Source of the DNA: a virus
Lineage: Duplodnaviria; Caudoviricetes
Strand: one strand, 5' to 3'
DNA length: 64,000 nt
IMG/VR virus record: IMGVR_UViG_3300044949_002421
Location: 800 to 64,799 of that record
The position numbers and the translations under genes are program-made. Positions 30,715 to 39,656 of this stretch are shown here, piece after piece. Below the pieces are notes generated by a model that was given only the letters and a program-made list of their open reading frames with translations, did not search any database and was not told the origin of the DNA. The stretch's first letter is position 1, and every line of letters begins with the position of its first letter.

Positions 30715-31776
30715 ATGGCCGGTGGATACTACTGGTGCCTTCAGGGCTGTACGCTCGATCTTTTGCCAAAGGAAAAGCCGGAGGGAATGGACCAAAAGCT
30801 CTGGGAATCCAGAAAAAAGGTAAAAATAAAAAGAGACCAGCTTTTTAAGTGGATGAACGGAATTTGGGAGGGCAGGCGGACAATGTCGGGTTATTATCGG
30901 CAAAAAACATGCGCAGATGAGCCAAAGTGTTGCCCAAACCTTCCGAATTGCTACCCGCCCGGTCAGTCATGCCAAGGTTGTGGTTGCTGCCAAAGATCCG
31001 AGGAAACAACTCAGTCAAATATTACACATATTTTCGATCAACAGAATGATCGTGAAGACAAATGCCCAAAAATAAGAGCCCCATATTTCCCCCCGGGGGG
31101 TGGCGGTGTCCCCGGAACATACGAAGAGGGAAAGTGCGATGGTTTCAACAACTGGCCATCGTCAAGGGGAAGAAGGCCGGACTCCGATCTGATAAAAACA
31201 TCTTATAATGTTTGCTTCGAAAACCAATCAACAGCGTGGCATGAAACAACCTACCAAAGGCGTAACATTGGGCCGGTGTCAAAGTACTGCGATGAGCCGG
31301 CTCCTGACACAAATTGGATTCAGTACAACAACAACACGACCGACAGAACGCTACAGGCGTCCACATGCACAAGCTCGTGCTGTCCACCTCCGGGATCAAA
31401 CTGCAATTGCCCCGGACCCGGGGCCCAATCCCCTATTTGTCCGGTAAAGCCAATAAGATGCTACTACGGAAACTGCAGGGTTAGGTTTTTTTCGGTTACG
31501 TCAATACATATACCAAAGACTGGACATTGGTATGACCCAGAGAAGGGCGATGTTTACCCTAATATTGTTTTCAGCAGCACGTACCCAACCGTAGACTGGG
31601 AGCAGACCGGCTGCACTCAAGGCAGCAAAGAGGGCTTCTATCAAAAACATTCGACAAAAGTGACGATCACCGTTGATGGCGTTGTAATACCATCTGGAAG
31701 CACTTGGGGCAGAATGGGCTATATGGGAAATCTCACGGTAGCCGACACTTGGACTTGGGAGGAAAGGGAGAAATAG
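30715..31776 (+). CDS. Cysteine-rich putative virion protein
   Basis: About 23 Cys in 353 aa, with CC/CxxC/CxC clusters. Confidence 0.65.
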   Translation: MAGGYYWCLQGCTLDLLPKEKPEGMDQKLWESRKKVKIKRDQLFKWMNGIWEGRRTMSGYYRQKTCADEPKCCPNLPNCYPPGQSCQGCGCCQRSEETTQSNITHIFDQQNDREDKCPKIRAPYFPPGGGGVPGTYEEGKCDGFNNWPSSRGRRPDSDLIKTSYNVCFENQSTAWHETTYQRRNIGPVSKYCDEPAPDTNWIQYNNNTTDRTLQASTCTSSCCPPPGSNCNCPGPGAQSPICPVKPIRCYYGNCRVRFFSVTSIHIPKTGHWYDPEKGDVYPNIVFSSTYPTVDWEQTGCTQGSKEGFYQKHSTKVTITVDGVVIPSGSTWGRMGYMGNLTVADTWTWEEREK

Positions 31777-31838
31777 GATACGCGTCGCAAGTGCATAATA
31801 TTTTTGCGAGCTACACCCTGTAGCCCAAAAGAATATGT

Positions 31839-32891
31839 ATGAGCGAAAACACTCCGGCGCAAGCCGAGACAAACACTCAGACGGGCGTTTCTAACGAAAC
31901 GCAGAACAAGACTGTGGATGTGGCGGCGCTTGATGAGCGCGCCTATCACGAGTTAATCCAGACCTTGGACCCCAAGGCCATCGAAGCCAAACAGGCAGAA
32001 CCAGTTGCGAAGGAAGCTCCGCAACCCGAAACCCCTGCCGAACAGCCTGCAGAAGCGGCGGAAGCCCAAGAGCCGGCAAAAGCTGAAGAGGCCGAAAAGA
32101 CCGAGGAAAAGGAGCAGGAAGAACCCAAAGCCGATGAAACCGCCGAAACCGACCCGGAAAACCTCCCCGAGAGGATCCGGATCGGAAGCTGGTCAGAGGT
32201 TGAGCGAAAGGCCCTGCAAATCAGGGCCCGGAACCCGGACCTCTCGCTGGAGCAGGCGATGGAAATGGCCAAGGGCAAGGATCAGGCAGAGCCAGCCCAG
32301 CAGTTGCCGAACTTGACGGAAATCGAGAATCAACTTGATGCCAAAGCCACCCAAAAGGCCGAGGCAATCAAAGCGCTTGAATTCGACAAGGCCGCGCAAC
32401 TTGAGCTGGAAATCGCCAAACTGCAAAAAGAATTCCGCAAGGCTGAGAAGCTGGCGGAACGACAGGAGGAGGCCGAAAAGGTCGCCCGTCAGGAAAGCAT
32501 GAATTCCGCCAAGCAAAAAGCGGTGGATTTCTACCCTGACACGGCCAGCAAGGACTCCGCCCTGACAAAGAAGATGTATGAAATCTTCGATGTTTTGCAG
32601 GACACGGGCAATCCCCTCATCAGCGATCCCAACATGCCGTTCAAGCTGGCCCAAATGGCCGCCAACGAGCTTGGCATCGCCCCAAGGAACCCGAAGGCCC
32701 CCAAGGCCTCCCCTGCCCCGGCTCCAGCAAAGGCTCCCGCGCCCTCACCAAGCGCCGCCCGACGCAGTCCCACCATCCAACCCGCAAGCGGTAACGCTCG
32801 CACCAACACACCCCAACAACCAACCGCCTCTGATGTTTTGTCCAAAATTGAGGACGTGGACCAATTCCGCGAACTCATGGCCAAGCTCTGA
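31839..32891 (+). CDS. Capsid scaffolding protein
   Basis: Acidic E/A/P-rich N-terminus, coiled coil, directly upstream of MCP. Confidence 0.8.
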   Translation: MSENTPAQAETNTQTGVSNETQNKTVDVAALDERAYHELIQTLDPKAIEAKQAEPVAKEAPQPETPAEQPAEAAEAQEPAKAEEAEKTEEKEQEEPKADETAETDPENLPERIRIGSWSEVERKALQIRARNPDLSLEQAMEMAKGKDQAEPAQQLPNLTEIENQLDAKATQKAEAIKALEFDKAAQLELEIAKLQKEFRKAEKLAERQEEAEKVARQESMNSAKQKAVDFYPDTASKDSALTKKMYEIFDVLQDTGNPLISDPNMPFKLAQMAANELGIAPRNPKAPKASPAPAPAKAPAPSPSAARRSPTIQPASGNARTNTPQQPTASDVLSKIEDVDQFRELMAKL

Positions 32892-32915
32892 GGCTAAATT
32901 GAAAGGAGGCGATAC

Positions 32916-34439
32916 ATGAGCGTTGCTCTAAATATCCCTACCAACAATGCGACGACTGACTTCACAAGTCAGGCGTCCTCGTTTCTTCCCGAGCTTTGGA
33001 AGAAGGGGGTACAACTCTCCGAAGCCGCTGAGAACTTCTTCAACCAGTTCGAAGGGCCGACTGAGAGCTACCCTGTTATGTCCATCCGCGACCTGAGTCG
33101 CGGTGCTGGATCCAAGATCACGTTCCGCACGATGGCCCAACTCTACGGAGAAGGCGTCACCGGCGACACGCTGGTCAACGACAACACGGAAGATTTCCGC
33201 GTTGGCGCGTACAACCTGACCGTCGACTTCCTTCGGCATGCGGTTTCTTACAACCGCCGGCTTGAGGAGAAGACGGCTCTGGCCTCCGAGCTGAAGTCCA
33301 ACGTCCCCGTGATGCTTGGCAACTGGCTTGGCCGCATCAAGACCGAGAAGCTGATGAAAATGTTCCTGCACAAAGGCGGGAGCAAGAATTACATCTATGC
33401 GGGCAACAAGTCCGGCGTGAGCGCCCTGCGTTCCTCCGACGTTGTCAGCTATGATGGCATCATCGCCGCCGGTCAGCAGCTTCGCACTCGCGGGGCCCGT
33501 CCGGCCACGGTCGCCACGATCAACAAGAACAAAATCAACCGCTACGTGGTGGTTTCCACCGGTGAAGGCTTGCTCTCGCTCAAAAGCGAACCCAAGTACC
33601 TCGCCGCCGTGCAGGCCGCCGCCGCTGCCGAAGGCTATAATGGCGTTCAGTTCACCGGCGGGTTCGTTGACCTCGATGGTCACGCGATCCGTCAGTTCGA
33701 CCCGACCGACCACGATGGCTTTGGCGCGATTGGCTCGCCCCTCAACTCGAAGGCCTCTGCGGCCACCGCAGTTGACAGCACCACCGGAAGCTCCGCTATC
33801 TCCCTCAAGGGTGGTGGCGCTGCCTCCGCCATCGACAAGGCTGCCTACTTCAAGCACTTCTCTGGCTATGCCTACAAGTTCATTGAAGGTGACACCCTGT
33901 CGACCGGTGCCGGCTTCGGCCCGACCCAGCAGGCTGACGGCTTCGTTCTGTTGATCAACCCGACCAATGGGAAATACAACATTTTCCATTACTCGGCCAA
34001 TGACGGCAAAACGCTGACGCTGGACCGCACCCTCTTCTCGGGAACCACCGAGACCACGGGCGCGTTCCGCCGTTTGGCAAAGGCTGATTGGAATAGCACC
34101 TATTCCGCGAACGTTGATACCGCCGCAGATAAGCCGTTCCACTCCAATAACACCACCACCACGTTCCCCGTTGGTTCGCTCATCATCGAGTGCAACTCCA
34201 GCGGCGTGGCGATTGGTCGCTCCCTCGTTCTGGGTGCCATGGCCGCCGTGCGCGGTTACGGCTCCCTTGACGGCGAGCGTTCGGAAGAGAACCACGACGG
34301 CGAATTCGTGCGTAAGACCTACATTACGTCGATCTTCGGCCAGAGCCCGTATGTCCGCCCCGATGGCGAACAGCCCAACTACTTGGTGCTGACCCACGCG
34401 GTGAACTACGCCGGTCTGACCCTGCCGACCATTAGCTAA
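32916..34439 (+). CDS. Major capsid protein (N4-gp56/DUF4043-like)
   Basis: Strong SD GAAAGGAGG, high-GC3 codon bias, DLSRGAGSKITF..GEGVTGD..LTVDFLRHAV pattern, followed by a terminator. Confidence 0.88.
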   Translation: MSVALNIPTNNATTDFTSQASSFLPELWKKGVQLSEAAENFFNQFEGPTESYPVMSIRDLSRGAGSKITFRTMAQLYGEGVTGDTLVNDNTEDFRVGAYNLTVDFLRHAVSYNRRLEEKTALASELKSNVPVMLGNWLGRIKTEKLMKMFLHKGGSKNYIYAGNKSGVSALRSSDVVSYDGIIAAGQQLRTRGARPATVATINKNKINRYVVVSTGEGLLSLKSEPKYLAAVQAAAAAEGYNGVQFTGGFVDLDGHAIRQFDPTDHDGFGAIGSPLNSKASAATAVDSTTGSSAISLKGGGAASAIDKAAYFKHFSGYAYKFIEGDTLSTGAGFGPTQQADGFVLLINPTNGKYNIFHYSANDGKTLTLDRTLFSGTTETTGAFRRLAKADWNSTYSANVDTAADKPFHSNNTTTTFPVGSLIIECNSSGVAIGRSLVLGAMAAVRGYGSLDGERSEENHDGEFVRKTYITSIFGQSPYVRPDGEQPNYLVLTHAVNYAGLTLPTIS

Positions 34440-34452
34440 ATGGTATTGGACT

Positions 34453-34492
34453 GGGTGGGGGAGCTTAAAACACTCCCCCACCCTCTCCTTTT
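34453..34492 (+). terminator. Hairpin terminator after MCP
   Basis: GGGTGGGGGAG-loop-CTCCCCCACCC followed by a pyrimidine/T tract. Confidence 0.75.
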
Positions 34493-34495
34493 CTA

Positions 34496-34888
34496 ATGAG
34501 AGCCATTTGCATCATTCTGGGAGGATCCGCACATCTCCCGTATCTACGAATTCAGGACGCCAAGGGCGCCAACAGAACATTTGTATACTCGCCAATTCAC
34601 CGCGCACACCTATGGGACCGAGGCGAGCTTGGCCCAGAAGATTCCGCAGACTTGGAGTCCATGCTTTCGGTCCCAAACAAAATCTACATTCCGATTGTAA
34701 GGCTCCTAAAAGACCCGATCTCAGAAACAGAAACAAGAGGATCGCACCTTCCTGTTGTTGAGGCCTATATGACGGCTGAGAGGGTGTTTTCTCGCGATCC
34801 ATCCGACTTCAAGGACGAGGACAGAAACAATATCGACGACAGGGCTGAAAAGCCTCGCAAGCGTGGTCGCCCACGTAAAAACCCATGA
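34496..34888 (+). CDS. Hypothetical protein after capsid
   Basis: C-terminal KRGRPRK AT-hook-like tail, typical of post-MCP genes. Confidence 0.65.
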   Translation: MRAICIILGGSAHLPYLRIQDAKGANRTFVYSPIHRAHLWDRGELGPEDSADLESMLSVPNKIYIPIVRLLKDPISETETRGSHLPVVEAYMTAERVFSRDPSDFKDEDRNNIDDRAEKPRKRGRPRKNP

Positions 34889-35553
34889 AAGTTAACGAAG
34901 CAATCGACTCCATGTACGAGGTGTTCGGAATCCCAAACAACGCCTCTGCCCCGGACATCATGCGCCGGAGAATTTTTAATGACCTCAATTCTGCCATGCA
35001 GCTTCTTTGGACAAAGGGACACAGGCTCTTGGACTACTACACGAGGGGCGAAGAGACGATTACGGTAACGGCAAACCAAAAGGAAACCCTTCTTAGCGAC
35101 AACATTCAGTCGGTGCTCGGCCCTGTGCGTCGTGCAGACGGCATGTTGCTTCGCCCAATCAGGACAAGAGGCGAGTATGACAACTATGCATCAATTTATG
35201 CGGGAAGCATCACAACCCTTGCGGGTGCTCCGCCTCAGGCCTATTTCATCGATCAAAATCGCGGATCGGCTCCCGATGCAACTTCCATCTCAATTTTCGT
35301 TGTGCCTGTCCCGACTGTTAACACGACTCTTACCCTTGAGGTTTCGCTCAGGGCTCCGGCATTTACGACGGCCGATTACACAAATCAGACCCAAATCCCC
35401 ATCCCTCACAATTATGCAGAAACGCTTCTGCTACCGATTGCTAGATACCTTGTTTGCTCGTCCCTCTTCTTTGCCGACAAGTCCAAGCAAAGGGAGCCTC
35501 TTCTGAAGGCGGAATACGACAGAGCGCTCCAGACCCTATCGGAGGCCGCATGA
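34885..35553 (+). CDS. Head-tail adaptor protein
   Basis: N-terminal helices, G.PxAY, VPVP, IPHNY..LL pattern; position after MCP. Confidence 0.7.
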   Translation: MKVNEAIDSMYEVFGIPNNASAPDIMRRRIFNDLNSAMQLLWTKGHRLLDYYTRGEETITVTANQKETLLSDNIQSVLGPVRRADGMLLRPIRTRGEYDNYASIYAGSITTLAGAPPQAYFIDQNRGSAPDATSISIFVVPVPTVNTTLTLEVSLRAPAFTTADYTNQTQIPIPHNYAETLLLPIARYLVCSSLFFADKSKQREPLLKAEYDRALQTLSEAA

Positions 35554-36419
35554 CGACACTTCAGCTCGCACAGAGGGTTTTATCCTCAACCGCCCTGCCC
35601 CAAGACCCGACCAGTATAACGGCAGACCTAGCCTCCGTGGTGGTTGGGGCCATGAATTCCGGGGTTTCCCGCTATCACCTAAACGCCCCCAGCGGAAGGA
35701 AAGTAACTCCGGTAACCGCCTACATTAAGCCGCCGAGGAGCTATAGCTCTGTTTCACTAACGCAGGGTTCTTATGACTTTACCGGAATACCGGATTTGGC
35801 CCCAGATGACCTCGGGGACACCCTAAGGATCGGTGATAGGAGCCATCCGCTTGCGCTTGGATCGAAACTTCGCGACCCATGGGCTGGGCAAACTGGAATT
35901 TACAACGCCGTTCTATTCGACGATGTCGTCCCGATTTATGCACCCGTCCGCAGAATCGAGGGATCAGTAATTTACGACGAAAGGTACAGGCTATCCTACC
36001 TATCAAGCCTTCCCCTTGAGGAAGACGAGGTCCTTATCCCAAGGAGATCGAATATTCCCCAATATTACACCATCGAGCATCTGGGGGACGTTGTTGGGGG
36101 CCCAGTCAGAGCGTTTGTTAGGGTCTACCCGTTCCCAACCCAGCCAGCCACCATAAGGTTTTCCGCCAGCTTGGAGCCACAGCAGTTTTCAATCCAGTCA
36201 ATCTCCACTCCTTCCGATGTTTATATCGGAGGATTTGATATAGAGGCGTTTGTTATCCCGCTAATTTTAGCCGAGCTTGCACAGACTCAGGTCTGGAGCC
36301 CCGCGCTAGATAGAGGCATGGCGATTACCAAGGGGAAAGAAATTGAGGCCTACCTAAGGACTTATCATGAGCCAACCGGGTCAAATATCAGCAAGGTTCT
36401 GACCCCAGCAGGATACTAA
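35550..36419 (+). CDS. Second adaptor-like protein (start revised from 35454)
   Basis: ATGA-coupled start MTTLQLAQR; PQYY..RVYPFP motifs similar to the preceding gene. Confidence 0.65.
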   Translation: MTTLQLAQRVLSSTALPQDPTSITADLASVVVGAMNSGVSRYHLNAPSGRKVTPVTAYIKPPRSYSSVSLTQGSYDFTGIPDLAPDDLGDTLRIGDRSHPLALGSKLRDPWAGQTGIYNAVLFDDVVPIYAPVRRIEGSVIYDERYRLSYLSSLPLEEDEVLIPRRSNIPQYYTIEHLGDVVGGPVRAFVRVYPFPTQPATIRFSASLEPQQFSIQSISTPSDVYIGGFDIEAFVIPLILAELAQTQVWSPALDRGMAITKGKEIEAYLRTYHEPTGSNISKVLTPAGY

Positions 36420-36420
36420 T

Positions 36421-37206
36421 ATGGCAGTCATATCACCAATTCTGCTTACATCGAGCTTGGTTACGGATGTGCTGACAAAAATCAGGCGTGGCGTTGCCTT
36501 GGCCCGCATGGACAACACGGCGGACTTTGCGGCGGGAGTTATGTGCGATCTTCCGGAAAAGATTGATTTTGAACTTAATCTTGTATCAAAGCATCAATTC
36601 TTAACCAGAGAGGTAACAGTTGCCCAAAGCGAGAGCTCGATTGACAGCGACACCACCCATGAGCACGAGGCATCCCTGAGGAGGGAGTCCGAGCTTAGCC
36701 TTGGAACCAAGGTCCGCAGATCGGCATCGTTGGAGGTTGGCCTATCCTCGTCAACATCCGCAACCCGGGAATCCGAGGTACAGCAGGACACATCCAACCA
36801 GTCTGGAATCCAAGCAAGCAGAGACGGGTCGTCTGGAAATGACCGCGATTCAGACGGAACAGTTCAGGCTCAGGTAGAGTCGGACGCAGAAGCATCTGCA
36901 GGCGGGACCACATCATCTTCGAATGGAGTTGAGGCAGAGTCAGAAAGCAACAGCTCAGGCGGGAGTGGTACTGAAATGGATTTAACCAGCGAATCAGGAG
37001 CCGGCGGCGAAGCCGAAAGCAGCAACGAAACAAGAAGTGGAACCGGAACAACGCGCAACACTCAGTCAGATAATGAAAGTGATACTGGAAGCAAAAGCGA
37101 CAACTCCGTGGAGGCAGAATGTTCAGACAAGTGCCAGTTGATGGCAATTAACAGGAAGTATTGGCGCCTCGATGAGGAAACAGGAGCCATACAGCAAGCG
37201 TCATGA
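36421..37206 (+). CDS. Acidic S/E/G-rich protein A1 with Trypco-like N-terminal half-domain
   Basis: LTKIRRGVALAR..DLPEKIDFELNLV followed by ~170 aa of low-complexity sequence. Confidence 0.75.
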   Translation: MAVISPILLTSSLVTDVLTKIRRGVALARMDNTADFAAGVMCDLPEKIDFELNLVSKHQFLTREVTVAQSESSIDSDTTHEHEASLRRESELSLGTKVRRSASLEVGLSSSTSATRESEVQQDTSNQSGIQASRDGSSGNDRDSDGTVQAQVESDAEASAGGTTSSSNGVEAESESNSSGGSGTEMDLTSESGAGGEAESSNETRSGTGTTRNTQSDNESDTGSKSDNSVEAECSDKCQLMAINRKYWRLDEETGAIQQAS

Positions 37207-37847
37207 GTTACACCCTAGCAGATTACCTAAATCAACAGACCGGAAATTCCACAAATTCTGGATCTGGAAGTTCGTCTAGCTCGGGGTCCACATCAAGCTC
37301 CGGCTCAACCAGCTCATCTACCTCTGGGTCAACGTCGTCATCAAGCTCCGGCTCAACCTCAAGAAGTTCCAGCACTTCGAATTCTTCTTCAAGAAGCGTC
37401 AGTTCAAGCACAAGCAACTCCTCCTCAACATCAAGAAGTGTCAGCAAGTCAAACTCCTCGTCCGGGTCTTCCTCGACATCAAGAAGCGACTCATCCTCCG
37501 GCAGCAGATCCACAAGCTCAAGCGGATCAAGCTCAAAATCAACAAGCACAAGCTCTTCGGGCTCAAGGTCAACAAGCTCAAGCACAAGCTCTAGCTCAAG
37601 CAAGTCATCCTCTGGCTCCAGATCCACCAGCTCTAGCACCAGCTCAAGCACAAGCTCCTCTTCTAGCGGTTCGTCCTCGGGAAGCAGGTCCGGATCAACA
37701 AGCGCATCTTCGTCTCGCTCCACAAGCACATCAAGATCGACAAGTGGATCAACCACAAGAACTGAAACCGAGAAGGACGATGTCGGATGCGTTGTTCGTT
37801 TCAGCGTTCCAATTGTCGTTCAGTTCCCCGGGGACGTTCTCCCATGA
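37203..37847 (+). CDS. Serine-alternating protein B, (S-X)83
   Basis: Residues 19-184 have Ser at every second position; C-terminal CVVRFSVPIVV; ATGA-coupled on both sides. Confidence 0.8.
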   Translation: MSYTLADYLNQQTGNSTNSGSGSSSSSGSTSSSGSTSSSTSGSTSSSSSGSTSRSSSTSNSSSRSVSSSTSNSSSTSRSVSKSNSSSGSSSTSRSDSSSGSRSTSSSGSSSKSTSTSSSGSRSTSSSTSSSSSKSSSGSRSTSSSTSSSTSSSSSGSSSGSRSGSTSASSSRSTSTSRSTSGSTTRTETEKDDVGCVVRFSVPIVVQFPGDVLP

Positions 37848-38119
37848 ACATTGATATGGAGATTTCCGACATAAGAGACCGACTTCAGACGCAGGGAGAA
37901 AGGCTTGCGAGAATGGAGCAGAGGCAAATACAGATCCACGACTGGCTCCATGTCCATGTTCAAAAGCTTGACGATTTTGAAATTAGGATTGCGGAATTGG
38001 AAAGAGAGTCGCACAGCCTAAGGACGAAACTTTGGCTCGTTGGCGTAATCGCAGGCGCAGTTGTCTCTGCGGTATGGCAGGTCATTTCAGTTAAGGTTGG
38101 AATGTTTTTTGGCAAATGA
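37844..38119 (+). CDS. Coiled-coil protein with C-terminal TM helix (XhlA/holin-like)
   Basis: RLARME..LERE coiled coil, then LWLVGVIAGAVVSAVW. Confidence 0.65.
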   Translation: MNIDMEISDIRDRLQTQGERLARMEQRQIQIHDWLHVHVQKLDDFEIRIAELERESHSLRTKLWLVGVIAGAVVSAVWQVISVKVGMFFGK

Positions 38120-38937
38120 ACATTGTCCCACTTGCAGAGGTTGACGGATTTATTAGGACCGCCCTTACGGAGGTAAGGAAAGGCGTTGCCACGGCAAGGA
38201 ACAACAATCAGACCAATCCACTCAATGGGATTATGGTCGATCTTCCTGAAAAAATTGATTTTGAGATGATGGTTGTAACGGCATATCAGTCCCTCCTTAA
38301 ATCGTCATCGGCAACAGAGTCGGTTGGAAGCGGAGATAGGTTGTCGGTGGTATCTGGAGATATCGACTCTTCTTCCCTCTCCGAGACGTCCGGAGACTCA
38401 GAGGGCGAAATTGGGTCCTCTTTAGATGTTGGTCGCTCAACAGAGGCAGAGGCAAGCGGTTCGCTAGATTCCTCTCAGGAGCAATCAGTCGAAGCATCAG
38501 GAGAGACAAGCGGAGAGCTGTCCTCTTCCGCTGATAACGGAACCAGCAGGCAATCGTCATCAGAGGCCAACACAAAATCAGGCTCAGGATCCCAATCCGA
38601 CAGAGAATCAAAGAGAGACTCTGAGAATGGGGCGGGCGGAGGAACAGAGCGTGACTCAAAGAGATCCTCAGGTGGCGGCGGAAGCCAAGAAACATACCTC
38701 TCATCAGGGACCGGATCAGTTGGCGGATTAGAGTCTTCAAGCGACTCAAGGACTGGGACTGGAACAAAGAGGTCGACAAGGACGGAGACAACGACAGGGA
38801 AAAACAACACAAGGCAAAGCGGACTGGTTTTTGAGGAAAACTCTAGATTTTCGAGAACATTTGACCAAGCGACAGGAAGATGGGGGCAGCAAGTGTTCTC
38901 CCAAGCACCAAAACCATGCAATCTCAAGTGCTCCTAA
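38116..38937 (+). CDS. S/E/G-rich protein A2, paralog of 36421
   Basis: ALTEVRKGVATAR..DLPEKIDFEMMVV; similar low-complexity arm and R.F/W..D..TG tail. Confidence 0.75.
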   Translation: MNIVPLAEVDGFIRTALTEVRKGVATARNNNQTNPLNGIMVDLPEKIDFEMMVVTAYQSLLKSSSATESVGSGDRLSVVSGDIDSSSLSETSGDSEGEIGSSLDVGRSTEAEASGSLDSSQEQSVEASGETSGELSSSADNGTSRQSSSEANTKSGSGSQSDRESKRDSENGAGGGTERDSKRSSGGGGSQETYLSSGTGSVGGLESSSDSRTGTGTKRSTRTETTTGKNNTRQSGLVFEENSRFSRTFDQATGRWGQQVFSQAPKPCNLKCS

Positions 38938-39308
38938 TACTTGTCGCAATCGTTTTTTCAGGGTGCTCTTCGGTCTCCCGTCGGTCAGCCCCGGATTTCT
39001 CCGTTGCAGAAACTAGGCTTGAGCAGGCCTACCAGACCGCTGATCCCGCGACTAGAAAGCACTTGGACGAAGCCAGAAGGCAGCTGGCATCCGCCAAGGA
39101 GCTTTGCCTTACAAATACCGAGCAATTAGAGCAGGCCGTTAAAGAGCGAAACGATGCCCTTTCCAAGGCTTCCTACTGGAAGGAGAAGCAAAGAAAGGCC
39201 CTAAAGGAGCTATGGATATGGCGCGGAGCCCTTATTGTGGCTGTTTTGTTTTCCCTTAGAGGTCCCCTGCTCTGGATTGCCAGAAAGTTCGTGGGGATAC
39301 CTTGGTGA
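38916..39308 (+). CDS. Lipoprotein with C-terminal TM helix, candidate unimolecular spanin
   Basis: Lipobox VFSG-C, coiled coil, C-terminal hydrophobic helix; next to holin and endolysin. Confidence 0.65.
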   Translation: MQSQVLLILVAIVFSGCSSVSRRSAPDFSVAETRLEQAYQTADPATRKHLDEARRQLASAKELCLTNTEQLEQAVKERNDALSKASYWKEKQRKALKELWIWRGALIVAVLFSLRGPLLWIARKFVGIPW

Positions 39309-39652
39309 AGAGATTTTTCTCAACTCTGCAAGGGTTTTGGGCGTTCCTAATTGCCGGCATAGTCTTTTGGTTTTCGGGCCCAATTTTCCAACAGGCAGAC
39401 CCAACCGCCGGCGTTTGGGACAGAGGGTCAATTCACGGGCTTGCCATTGGGGCCGCAACCTATTTCTTGGCCGTATGGCTTGCTTGGCTGGCATTTCAAA
39501 TCGAGTGGCCGTCTCTGGACAATCACATCGACGAGAACCGATGGGCTCAGGACTGGAGGGCGTCCAGCCCGCAGACAAGGCTTTGGTACTCAATCGCTGT
39601 ATGGGGAGTTCTATTTCTGGGAGCAATTCTATGCCTTCTTTCATGGAGATAG
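39302..39652 (+). CDS. Putative holin (3 TM helices)
   Basis: Three hydrophobic helices, upstream of endolysin. Confidence 0.6.
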   Translation: MVKRFFSTLQGFWAFLIAGIVFWFSGPIFQQADPTAGVWDRGSIHGLAIGAATYFLAVWLAWLAFQIEWPSLDNHIDENRWAQDWRASSPQTRLWYSIAVWGVLFLGAILCLLSWR

Positions 39653-39656
39653 CCAA

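Noticed and set aside
32928-34481. 517-aa antisense ORF over the MCP gene, and similar antisense ORFs such as 37232-37756 and 48906-49709
   Set aside because: Shadow ORFs caused by strong codon bias or Ser-codon repeats on the coding strand
37190-37210. Programmed -1 frameshift fusing A1 and B
   Set aside because: The frames would allow it, but no slippery heptamer is visible and the ATGA overlap is explained by translational coupling
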